Of a stretch of DNA of 64,000 nucleotides, positions 54,441-63,044 are shown piece after piece. Every line of letters starts with the position of its first letter. The stretch's first letter is position 1. The notes beneath the pieces are model-generated. The model worked only from the letters and a program-made list of their open reading frames with translations. It was not told where the DNA came from and did no database searches. The stretch lies in IMG/VR virus record IMGVR_UViG_3300023202_000205, positions 64,001 through 128,000 of that record; one strand, written 5' to 3'. The DNA comes from a virus. Position numbers and translations under genes: made by a program.

Positions 54441-57089
54441 CTAGCTCTGGTGAGCTATGGTGGTCTCGTCGAAACCACAGATGGATTCGTGAGCTTCGCG
54501 ACACGTTGTCGCGTTAGCGTCGACAGGCATGGCGTACACCCGGCCAGTCGAGTTATCTGAGCCATACAGATATTGGTCTGCGTGCATGTCCTGAACCAGG
54601 ATACGGGGAAGACCGTGGTACATGTCCGAGTCAACTAATTTAGTATCGGTATCCCCTAGATATCGCTCAATCCCGTATCGTTCGATCAATACACGACGCA
54701 CCTCTGCGTTTACTTCTCCCCCAATCTCTTCGAGGGTTATCAAGTGAGGTTCCATGATCACGTGTTCTTTCACCCGCACACCATGCCAGTGATATAACGA
54801 CCACCCGTCCCGCCACCTATGCGAAGGACCTTCCTCACAATGTGCGCGGTTTTGCCTGTCTGTAAAGACTACCTCGGGGTTTTCACTTACTACACAGAAC
54901 TTTTCATGAAAACACTGAAAACCACCCTCAGCCGCATCCTCGTAATGTCTCCACTTCTCATACTCCGGGAGATCCAACCAACCCATCTCCCGGAAAGCTG
55001 TGATGAAAGTAATCCAACCGCCCCACGTGCGGCCTCCCTGGTAAACACGGCCCCACTTAGTGGCACAGCCAACAGCATTCTTTATAGAAATGCCAGTCCT
55101 ACAACAGAACAAAGCAACGCCGCATAACACCTGCGAAAGAGTATCCTTTGACCACTTAACCTCTTTCGCCTTACTCATTTCAGCATACACAGCTTCGCGG
55201 GTGGCGTCGCCCACAGCTTCGTGGGTGGCGTCGGACACAGCTCTGAGGGTGGCTTCGTCCACAGCTCTGTGGGTGGCGTCGGACACAGCTCTGAGGGTGG
55301 CGTCGGACACAGCTCTGAGGGTGGCAGCATACACAGCTTCGCGGGTGGCGTCGTCCACAGCTTCGCGGGTGGCGTCGTGCACAGCTCTGTGGGTGGCGTT
55401 GTGCACAGCTCTGAGGGTAGCGTCGGACACAGCTCTGTGGGTGGCTTCGATCACAACATCGCCGGTGACGGCATACACAGCTTCGCGGGTGGCTTCGTCC
55501 ACAGCTCTGTGGGTGGCGGCATACACAGCTTCGCGGGTGGCTTCGTGCACAGCTCCGAGGGTGGCGTCACCCACAGCTTCGCGGGTGACGTCGTCCACAG
55601 CTCTGTAGGTGGCTAAGTCCACAGCTTCGCGGGTGGCAGCGAACACAGCTTCGCGGGTGGCGTCGTCCACAGCTTCGTAGGTGGCGGTGTCCACAGCTTC
55701 GTGGGTGGCGTCGTCCACAGCTTCGTGGGTGGCGTCGTCCACAGCTCTGAGGGTGGCGTCGTGCACAGCTTTGCGGGTGGCGTCGCTCACAGCTCTGAGG
55801 GTGGCGTCGTGCACAGCTTCGAGGGTGGCGTCGTCCACAGCTCTGTAGGTGGCTAAGTCCACAGCTCTGAGGGTGGCGTTGTGCACAGCTTCATGGGTGG
55901 CGTTGTGCACAGCTTCGCCGGTGGCGTCGTTCACAGCTCTGAGGGTGGCGATGTCCACAGCTTCGAGGGTGGCGTCGTGCACAGCTCTGTAGGTGGCGTT
56001 GTGCACAGCTATGCGGGTGGCGTCGTCCACAGCTTCTTGGGTGGCGTCGCCCACAGCTTCGTGGGTGGCTTCGTGCACAGCTTCGCGGGTGGCGTCGTGC
56101 ACAGCTCTGTGGGTGGCGTTGTGCACAGCTCTGAGGGTAGCGTCGGACACAGCTCTGTGGGTGGCGTCGTCCACAGCTCTGCGGGTAGCGTCGGACACAG
56201 CTCTGTGGGTGGCGAAGTGCACAGCTCTGAGGGTGGCGTCGTCCACAGCTCTGCGGATGGCGATGTGCACAGCTTCGCGGGTGGCGTCGCCCACAGCGTC
56301 GGACACAGCTTCGCGGGTGGCGTCGTCCACAGCTCTGTGGGTGGCAGCGAACACAGCTCTGAGGGTGGCAGCGAACACAGCTTCGCGGGTGGCGGTGTCC
56401 ACAGCTCCGAGGGTGGCGTCGTCCACAGCTTCGTAGGTGGCGTCGCCCACAGCTTCGTGGGTGGCGGCATACACAGCTTCGCGGGTGGCTTCGTCCACAG
56501 CTCTGTGGGTGGCGGCATACACAGCTTCGCGGGTGGCGTCGGACACAGCTCTGAGGGTGGCGTCGGACACAGCTCTGAGGGTGGCAGCGAACACAGCTTC
56601 GCGGGTGGTGGCGTCCACAGCTTCGTGGATGGCTTCGTGCACAGCTTCGTGGGTGGCGTCGTCCACAGCTCTGTAGGTGGCTAAGTCCACAGCTCTGAGG
56701 GTGGCGTTGTGCACAGCTTCATGGGTGGCGTTGTGCACAGCTTCGCCGGTGGCGTCGTTCACAGCTCTGAGGGTGGCGTCGTGCACAGCTTCGAGGGTGG
56801 TGTCGTGCACAGCATCGCGGGTGGAAGGCCTCGGCATAGACTTAGAGGACTCCTGCCCCTGACGATACCACCACAAGGCAGCCGTACCATAAACCAATGC
56901 CATCTGCAGGGGGCTATCAACAATCACTACTTTCGGTTCCGATAGTCCTGCAGATTCGTATAACCCTCGAATACCGCTGATAACGCGGTCCCGATCACAA
57001 CGCTCGGTAGAGCGCGTATGTTCGATCCACTTTTCTGTATGTTTCTTCAGGTTCTCGTAGTCCTGTTCCGTTAAGTCAAGGTGCAGCAT
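54441..57089 (-). CDS. DUF6745-like domain protein with large octapeptide repeat expansion
   Basis: Start at 57089 after an AAAGGAG Shine-Dalgarno sequence. C-terminal CVVSENP..DRQNRAHCEEGPSHRWRDGWSLYHWHGVRV..NAEVRRVLIERYG, recognised from memory as DUF6745-like. Confidence 0.8.
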   Translation of the reverse strand: MLHLDLTEQDYENLKKHTEKWIEHTRSTERCDRDRVISGIRGLYESAGLSEPKVVIVDSPLQMALVYGTAALWWYRQGQESSKSMPRPSTRDAVHDTTLEAVHDATLRAVNDATGEAVHNATHEAVHNATLRAVDLATYRAVDDATHEAVHEAIHEAVDATTREAVFAATLRAVSDATLRAVSDATREAVYAATHRAVDEATREAVYAATHEAVGDATYEAVDDATLGAVDTATREAVFAATLRAVFAATHRAVDDATREAVSDAVGDATREAVHIAIRRAVDDATLRAVHFATHRAVSDATRRAVDDATHRAVSDATLRAVHNATHRAVHDATREAVHEATHEAVGDATQEAVDDATRIAVHNATYRAVHDATLEAVDIATLRAVNDATGEAVHNATHEAVHNATLRAVDLATYRAVDDATLEAVHDATLRAVSDATRKAVHDATLRAVDDATHEAVDDATHEAVDTATYEAVDDATREAVFAATREAVDLATYRAVDDVTREAVGDATLGAVHEATREAVYAATHRAVDEATREAVYAVTGDVVIEATHRAVSDATLRAVHNATHRAVHDATREAVDDATREAVYAATLRAVSDATLRAVSDATHRAVDEATLRAVSDATHEAVGDATREAVYAEMSKAKEVKWSKDTLSQVLCGVALFCCRTGISIKNAVGCATKWGRVYQGGRTWGGWITFITAFREMGWLDLPEYEKWRHYEDAAEGGFQCFHEKFCVVSENPEVVFTDRQNRAHCEEGPSHRWRDGWSLYHWHGVRVKEHVIMEPHLITLEEIGGEVNAEVRRVLIERYGIERYLGDTDTKLVDSDMYHGLPRILVQDMHADQYLYGSDNSTGRVYAMPVDANATTCREAHESICGFDETTIAHQS
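55185..56822 (-). repeat. In-frame 24-nt tandem repeat, about 68 units, encoding AVxxATxx
   Basis: Plus-strand unit is approximately CACAGC(TCT/TTC)NNGGGTGGCNNNNNN; includes higher-order duplicated blocks. Confidence 0.95.
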
Positions 57090-57381
57090 TGTGCACTCCT
57101 TTCCTGTAGAGCAGGGAACGGCTCTTACCGTCCCTTGCAGTTTTCTAGAATAGCTGATAGTTTTCAAACAACCAGCATAGAAGGGTCACTAGAGAGTATC
57201 GTCATAAGTCGTGTGTCTGTAGGGGTTTACGTACCCCGCGATACCAGACCTTATCAGCCCTCCCAAAACAACCCCACTTTACCCATCTTTCTGACACATG
57301 TCGCCACAGACGACAAAACCCCATTATCCAAATAACACCCCTTTGATCACTTTTTGAGCGATAACAAAACGACTCTTTGAG

Positions 57382-57786
57382 TCAGGCTCTCTTACTCACT
57401 AGATCGATCAGGTGATCCACGCGAGCATCCTTTCCCCGCAAGCCCTGTAGGTACTCGCTGATCCTCTGAGCGTTCTTCAACTGGTGATTATGGGGTTCCG
57501 GCCTCCCCTCCTGGCCACAATTGAGAAACTCAGCACGAAAGAATGCCCACGACCGTTCCGTCAGCAGCCAGTGAAGCAATCCCGTGAAAGCCTGCTCTGT
57601 AGGCGACAGCGTCTCCTCAGTGGGGGCGGGCTCTGGTGCTTGGTAGTCCTGTGAGGCCTCCCTCCTAGCCTGTGAGGCCTCCCTACTAGCTTGCTCCTCG
57701 ACCCAGGACAGCTTGTTGGACAGCTCCCTTAGTGCCTCTCTGACCTCTCTGACTGAGTGAAGGTTCTTTTCCGGATCCTGAGACAT
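57382..57786 (-). CDS. Hypothetical protein
   Basis: Likely start MSQDPEK at 57786. Confidence 0.55.
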   Translation of the reverse strand: MSQDPEKNLHSVREVREALRELSNKLSWVEEQASREASQARREASQDYQAPEPAPTEETLSPTEQAFTGLLHWLLTERSWAFFRAEFLNCGQEGRPEPHNHQLKNAQRISEYLQGLRGKDARVDHLIDLVSKRA

Positions 57787-57797
57787 GAAGAGCCTCC

Positions 57798-58226
57798 TTA
57801 GTTGGGCAGCTTGGCGTAAGGGAACTGCTGCTTGATCTCCTCCACGGTGGAGACCGTTACCGGGCGTTGCCAGGGGATCTGGAACACTTTGGCGACACGA
57901 TGCAGTCCTGCTCCCCACGTCTCAGGGTCCATGCAGTCGTGCAAGCAGGTGAGTTGGTACAGCATCTTCAGGGTTCTGGGGTCGTGCATATTCACTCCCG
58001 ACTCCCTCAGGGCGCTCTGCAGGGCAGGACTGGCGAGATTACACGAATGCTGCACGTGACCCTCGAGGTACTGTTCGTCGAGGGCGAAGCCGATAGCATG
58101 CTTGTATCCCTCCTCGGAGACGAGAACTGAAGACGGCCCATAACTGGGTGAGTAGTAGATCGCTTTGGCATTCTGCCGCAGCAGGCCCTCAGCAATGCGG
58201 TAGAAGAGTTGTTTGAGTGTAAGCAT
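57798..58226 (-). CDS. Hypothetical protein, paralog of 58290..58691
   Basis: QLFYRIAEGLLRQ...AIGFALDEQY...LHD...W...VAK. Confidence 0.65.
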   Translation of the reverse strand: MLTLKQLFYRIAEGLLRQNAKAIYYSPSYGPSSVLVSEEGYKHAIGFALDEQYLEGHVQHSCNLASPALQSALRESGVNMHDPRTLKMLYQLTCLHDCMDPETWGAGLHRVAKVFQIPWQRPVTVSTVEEIKQQFPYAKLPN

Positions 58227-58289
58227 GATAATGCCTCCTTTGTGACTAATGGGTGAATAGACAATGACCTGGAACAACAACGTCGTTGC

Positions 58290-58691
58290 TCAGGCTGAGA
58301 CTGATTCTGGTGACCAGTCGATCTGGTAGGAGCGGGCGAGCAGCAGGAGCCGATCGGGCCACTCCCTGGGAGAAAAACGGTCGTGGATGATCTGCAGGGA
58401 GATCACCAACTCACGGGTCCGGCGATCTTCGAAATCAACGCCAGAAGCCACCAGAGCAGCCTTCAGAGGCTCTGACTCTGGGTTGGTGGGGTTGACTCGG
58501 GTAAGTGGGACCTCCTCGAAAGAGCTGTGGTAATGCTGGTCGTCGATCAGAAGACCGACGCTGACCGGCTTGCCACGCCTCGTACGGTACCGTCGGACCT
58601 GGCGGTGCGCGGTTCCCACTGGCACCACGCGACCCTCCTTGAGGAGATGATCGGCGACTTTCGTGAATATCTGAGTAGCAGATTTTGCCAT
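58290..58691 (-). CDS. Hypothetical phage protein, paralog of 57798..58226
   Basis: QIFTKVADHLLKEG...VGLLIDDQHY...LQIIHD...WPDRL. Confidence 0.7.
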   Translation of the reverse strand: MAKSATQIFTKVADHLLKEGRVVPVGTAHRQVRRYRTRRGKPVSVGLLIDDQHYHSSFEEVPLTRVNPTNPESEPLKAALVASGVDFEDRRTRELVISLQIIHDRFSPREWPDRLLLLARSYQIDWSPESVSA

Positions 58692-58726
58692 GTCTCGAAT
58701 TCCTTGAAGACAGAGTGATAGACGAA

Positions 58727-58750
58727 CACCCCACGCAAAAACGTGGGGTG
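58727..58750. terminator. Intergenic stem-loop, possible terminator
   Basis: CACCCCACG-CAAAAA-CGTGGGGTG. Confidence 0.5.
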
Positions 58751-58807
58751 CTGTTCCGAGGTGTTTGTGAAAACTCGGGTTAGGACTTTTTTGAGCTGTG
58801 AACTAGC

Positions 58808-59207
58808 TCAGCGCGATGGGCTTATCGTCCAGTAATAGACGACGGTGTGGGAGAAATGATAATCAGAGCCACACACCTCACACATGGGAAGGCAGTTCCA
58901 GCCATCCGCGAGAGTGTCTGAGGGGGTCATCTTTATGACGGGCTCCTCATTTGTACAAAGACAGCTGCTCTCAAAAACAAGTAGCACGTCCGTGTCATCG
59001 ACACGGGCTGGAAGACGTTCCATGGTCAGATCCTTTCCAGGCTCGTAAGTGGTCTCGGATGTACTCCCTAACAGCCCATTCACCACACTCCAAGGTGTCC
59101 GATGGAACCGTCAATGAGAGTACCCCATAACGTTTCCGCCATTTCTTGTTGATGCGCTTCTTCGGGTGGGATCGGACCTGAACGTCCACGCGATGGTCAG
59201 TTTCCAT
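58808..59207 (-). other. Two small ORFs (58808..59086 with CEVC; 58995..59207)
   Basis: Packed minus-strand ORFs. Confidence 0.45.
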
Positions 59208-59286
59208 AGTACCTCCTCGCAGTTGGTTAGTAACTTCGCGGAAAAAGGAGAAAAACCAAAAGAATAGCAGTGACGATCGTCATGAA

Positions 59287-59472
59287 TATGTCAAATCCAG
59301 TGACGCCCGCGTAGCCCGCAGATTGGCTCTGTATGATCACAATCAAAAACCAAACCGCTAAAAGCAGCCCAGCTAGGATTATGTCAAATCCAGTGACGCC
59401 CGCGTAGCCCGCAGATTGGCTCTGTATGATCACAATCAAAAACCAAACCGCTAAAAGCAGCCCAGCTAGGAT
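59287..59472. repeat. Exact 93-bp tandem duplication (2 copies)
   Basis: 59287..59379 equals 59380..59472; encodes a 31-aa TM-containing unit on the minus strand (ORF 59227..59439). Confidence 0.9.
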
Positions 59473-60143
59473 GGGGTGCCGAGATTTGATGGCTCACCCT
59501 CCTGTTCAGCCTGGCCTTCCTCGTTTTTACGAACGAGTGCCTTGTGGATCGTCGACGTCTCCTCCCGCCACTGCTGGATCTTGCCCAGGACATAACTCAA
59601 TTGAGTAGTACCGCTCCGAGAGTAATGCTCCGCACCCGCCTCATTCCAAGGCATGGGCCAGAGACAAGCCCCACCACCACGGGCCCGGAACTGCTGGACG
59701 TGACGCATACTATCGTCGATCAGAAACGTCAGAGGGCCCGCCGCAGCTGCCTTCCTCGGCGTGATCATGAAATCTCGGAAAAACCGATTACAGAAAAAAT
59801 CCTGCAACCACTGGACCTTTCCACCCGCAGCCGAAGGGTCCACGCTGGGAGACGTGCAAATCACTACCCGACAAGAGGTTGTGTCATGTAAGGTGTTGAA
59901 CAGCATTCTCGCCCACGGGAGAGGCTCCAGGTTGCTCCAAAAAGCGGCTCCCTGGGCATGAAGCGTATCCCACATATCGCTTTGCGTTTCCCAACCGAAA
60001 TGCTTTTCGACACCCCAGTCAGGTGGTGGGTTGTGAAAGTGGTCCGAATCCCGGTTCTGGGATGCGTAGCCCGCGACGGCTTTGACGAAATTGGTCAAAA
60101 CACCATCCATGTCCAAAAGGATCACTCGCTCACCCTTGTTCAT
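59466..60143 (-). CDS. HAD-family 5'(3')-deoxyribonucleotidase (NT5C-like)
   Basis: ILLDMDGVLTNF, LEPLPWA, ICTSP, GKVQWL, FLIDD. Confidence 0.88.
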   Translation of the reverse strand: MNKGERVILLDMDGVLTNFVKAVAGYASQNRDSDHFHNPPPDWGVEKHFGWETQSDMWDTLHAQGAAFWSNLEPLPWARMLFNTLHDTTSCRVVICTSPSVDPSAAGGKVQWLQDFFCNRFFRDFMITPRKAAAAGPLTFLIDDSMRHVQQFRARGGGACLWPMPWNEAGAEHYSRSGTTQLSYVLGKIQQWREETSTIHKALVRKNEEGQAEQEGEPSNLGTPS

Positions 60144-60949
60144 TCGTCACCCTTCCCAAAAGTGGCTTTGCTCAGATACTCGGCCAGAAACGGGTTTTCC
60201 ATCCGAGACACCTGGCCCCTCGCGTGAACTCGCAGATCCCGCTCCCGCATCGGCGTAATACGACCCCTGAGGACCTCGCAGCGCAAAAACAGCAAATACG
60301 TATCCAGAGCGTCGCACATGGCGTAATTGAAGATCTGCTGTTGTTTTCCATCCTGCCACATCTGAAAAACCTGAGACCCGTCAATACCCATGCTCTTACC
60401 TGCTCCTCCGGCAAAGTAAGCAAACATGTCCAACCCACCCGGAATTCGTTGACCGCCAAAATTCGAGATGAATTCCTGACAGTCGAAATGGGCGTCGGTA
60501 TTGAACCGATATCGGGGATGCTTGTAATTAGGCCCCTCCTGGGAAAACCAGTGCCGGGCTTCCTCAATACCGTAACGAAACGCATAGGTCTCCAAAACCG
60601 GCATATCGAAACCCCGACCGTTGTAGGTCACCAACGTTGGGCCACCATATTTCTCCCAGCCCCGCCAGAATTTGCGGGCAACCCCCTCAGGGCCACCCTC
60701 CAAATCGTGAACCGCCAAAACCTGCCTTAAACTCAGGTCAGGCCCAGCCTTGCAGAGGCCAATCGCAACAGGGCTGTGCCACGGAATCGGCAGAAACGTC
60801 GATTCCCCCAATTCCCGCTGCTCCTCCTGCCACGTAGTATAGAGATCCTCACCCCGCATAGTGCTACCGGGGTATTTGAAATCCCGCAGCAACTGGATAT
60901 CCGGAATGGTCTCAATGTCGAAAACGAAAATGTCAACGCCGTCCTTCAT
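60140..60949 (-). CDS. Stand-alone PolB-related 3'-5' exonuclease (DnaQ-like)
   Basis: ExoI FDIETIPD, ExoII LVTYNGRGFDMPVL, ExoIII IFNYAMCDALDTY; start at 60949 after GGAG. Confidence 0.88.
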   Translation of the reverse strand: MKDGVDIFVFDIETIPDIQLLRDFKYPGSTMRGEDLYTTWQEEQRELGESTFLPIPWHSPVAIGLCKAGPDLSLRQVLAVHDLEGGPEGVARKFWRGWEKYGGPTLVTYNGRGFDMPVLETYAFRYGIEEARHWFSQEGPNYKHPRYRFNTDAHFDCQEFISNFGGQRIPGGLDMFAYFAGGAGKSMGIDGSQVFQMWQDGKQQQIFNYAMCDALDTYLLFLRCEVLRGRITPMRERDLRVHARGQVSRMENPFLAEYLSKATFGKGDE

Positions 60950-60967
60950 AGGGACTCCTCTCAAATT

Positions 60968-60983
60968 GTGTTCGCGCGAACAC
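60968..60983. promoter_or_regulatory. Palindrome copy GTGTTCGCGCGAACAC
   Basis: Intergenic, about 19 nt upstream of the exonuclease start. Confidence 0.75.
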
Positions 60984-61113
60984 AGATCAGACTGTGCCCA
61001 AACCACCTCTGAAAAACTGATTCAGTCGAACCACAAGCAGATTGGCCTGGTTGATGAGTTTCATCGGAAGACTCCTACCGGTTTCCGGTTCAGATATCGA
61101 ATGTGCCTCGGGT

Positions 61114-61488
61114 TCAGTTCAACTCAGCCTGCTCCTTCCGAGCCTCACTGGTCAACTGCCTCAGGCGATTTTCGAACCGCCTCTTGGCTTCCTGGTCGAT
61201 CATCTCAACCAACTCCGTCTCCTGCATCTCCTCCTGACTGCAAACGAAAGCAGGCCCCACCAGCAAGCTGCCTACATGGCCAGAGAGAATAGCGGCGTAA
61301 GAGTTCAGGTCGAGATTCAGCAGTAGCCCCTCGTCGTCTACGTAGATGTCCCACCCACAGGCGGTGCCTTCAAGAATCGGAACTGCGCAGAAAAGCCCTG
61401 AAGGGAAAATCTGGTGTGTGTTGTTGAGTAGACGGTGGTGTTCCACGTGGAACATCACCTCTCCATTCGGCTCTATGATGAGTGCCAT
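61114..61488 (-). CDS. DUF3846-like protein
   Basis: DIYVDDEGLLLNLDLNSYAAILSG...LVGPAFV. Confidence 0.7.
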   Translation of the reverse strand: MALIIEPNGEVMFHVEHHRLLNNTHQIFPSGLFCAVPILEGTACGWDIYVDDEGLLLNLDLNSYAAILSGHVGSLLVGPAFVCSQEEMQETELVEMIDQEAKRRFENRLRQLTSEARKEQAELN

Positions 61489-61528
61489 GATGCTCTCTTT
61501 CTCAGCGAATAGGAGGCGCAGTCACGCT

Positions 61529-61666
61529 TTACGCGTCCTGCTCTCCTTCTTTTTCCTCTTGCTCTACAATCAGACGGTCCAACGCCTCGTTGAAACTCAT
61601 CCCCTCGGTCCGCAACTGGTCGAGCCGCTTGGCCAACTCCCTATCGGCCCCTACCCTGCGCCACAT
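61529..61666 (-). CDS. Small ribbon-helix-helix / antitoxin-like DNA-binding protein
   Basis: MWRRVGADRELAKRLDQLRTEGMSFNEALDRLIVEQ; this is the C-terminal part of track ORF 61529..62002. Confidence 0.5.
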   Translation of the reverse strand: MWRRVGADRELAKRLDQLRTEGMSFNEALDRLIVEQEEKEGEQDA

Positions 61667-61736
61667 ACCAATCCGCTCCGACCCGCTCCTGGCCCTCGGA
61701 GGTGGATCACCAAGGTCGTAACATATCTGGTAACCT

Positions 61737-61772
61737 GTCACAGATACCAAGCCGCTGAACGGGCATAGCGAG
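61737..61772 (-). repeat. Solitary CRISPR repeat
   Basis: GTCACAGATACCAAGCCGCTGAACGGGCATAGCGAG, 34/36 identical to the array repeat. Confidence 0.9.
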
Positions 61773-61880
61773 CCGGCGAGATGGGTAGCGACGGAATCAG
61801 CCGTATCAGAGCTCCTCACACCAACTAGGTTGTCCGTAGTCCCGCAGTTTTGGAGCCCCGAGCCCAAAAACGTAGTCCAG

Positions 61881-62411
61881 CTAACCCCAGTAGCGCTCGA
61901 AGCTAGCAAGCTTCCCGAACTTTGGCACTCCTGGCCCTCTCTGCTCTCCGTCTCCTCCTCCATTGTCTGCTCCTTCTGTGCGCGATTGGATCCACCGAGC
62001 ATCTATATCCCAGTAGCGGTAAAACGCTGTGCCTCTCGTATGGCCTCGTAGGGGTTTCTCGAATTCAGTCTGCCACAGGCAGAGCGACGAGACAATCCAT
62101 CGAATGGCCTGCCGGACCTGCTTGTTGTCCACCCCTACGTAGTCTATAAGAGAAGGTATGGTATGCGGTCCCTGCTGAAGGGCATGGTAGACCACTGGAA
62201 AGATCGCCTTGGTGACCAGATACACCCTATGGGTCGCTGGTCGCAGCCCATGTTCACGGATTCTCGTGAAAAGAGGATCCACGTAGGTCTCAATACGGTC
62301 GAGCACCTCCTGTAGCGCATCCTCTGCAAGTTGCTGGTCTGGGTCTGAGTCCATGACTTGCGCCTCCCGAGCCCAATACTCGTTACTGCCACTACCAATC
62401 AAGCTGTTCAA
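61881..62411 (-). CDS. Hypothetical protein
   Basis: 176-aa ORF, possibly winged-helix-like. Confidence 0.5.
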   Translation of the reverse strand: MNSLIGSGSNEYWAREAQVMDSDPDQQLAEDALQEVLDRIETYVDPLFTRIREHGLRPATHRVYLVTKAIFPVVYHALQQGPHTIPSLIDYVGVDNKQVRQAIRWIVSSLCLWQTEFEKPLRGHTRGTAFYRYWDIDARWIQSRTEGADNGGGDGEQRGPGVPKFGKLASFERYWG

Positions 62412-63030
62412 GCTGTTTAACGTAGCAATACTCCATACAGCTAGGCTCCCTATACTCCAGCGGAGCAGCTTGCTTCACCCGCGTTACAACGTTTATGAGC
62501 GACTTTCTCAGGGCAACACCTACGTGTTGCGATGCTATTGATTTTACAATACCCAACGGAAATAGGTCCATGCTGTGGTTGTCATAGCGGGGACGACAAT
62601 TATCAACGAAGGGAACGAGGTTCTCAGGCATAGTCCGAAAAAGATCGATCCCGACATCAACGGCGAGCTGAGTACCAATCCAGCCCCACCCGGGCTCTAA
62701 CTCCGAATCACTGGGCTGCTCCTCGTAGCCGTACTCCTTGACGATCTCGACCACTTTCTCGGCAACCGCCTGAGCTGTGTGGGCTGACGCTTCAGAAGAA
62801 GGGATCCGCCGCCGATCGGTGACCAACCAACCGTTTATGGGGACGTCAGACAGCTGGATCTTATATCCTCGGAGAAAGCTGCCACAGCAATCGTCCGAGA
62901 AAAGCAGGTTACCCAACCTGCCGGGCTGGTCGGAAAAGAAGTCCTCCACAAAGACTGTGAAATCGAGATAGGGTAGGCTGATCGATAGATTTCGGACGAT
63001 GATTCTGTCTTCTTGCGTGTTGGTCTCCAT
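62392..63030 (-). CDS. Hypothetical protein
   Basis: 212-aa ORF with a GGAG Shine-Dalgarno sequence. Confidence 0.55.
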   Translation of the reverse strand: METNTQEDRIIVRNLSISLPYLDFTVFVEDFFSDQPGRLGNLLFSDDCCGSFLRGYKIQLSDVPINGWLVTDRRRIPSSEASAHTAQAVAEKVVEIVKEYGYEEQPSDSELEPGWGWIGTQLAVDVGIDLFRTMPENLVPFVDNCRPRYDNHSMDLFPLGIVKSIASQHVGVALRKSLINVVTRVKQAAPLEYREPSCMEYCYVKQLEQLDW

Positions 63031-63044
63031 CCGGATCTCCTCTG

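Noticed and set aside
55060-56945. Multiple long ORFs on the plus strand and alternate frames, and a CRISPR-like periodicity
   Set aside because: These are by-products of the stop-free 24-nt coding repeat. There are no unique spacers, and the repeat is in frame with the DUF6745-like gene.
61667-62002. N-terminal extension of track ORF 61529..62002 through the solitary repeat
   Set aside because: Ser/Gly-rich, non-protein-like, and overlaps the upstream gene. The internal ATG at 61666 gives a coherent small protein, though the longer form is not excluded.
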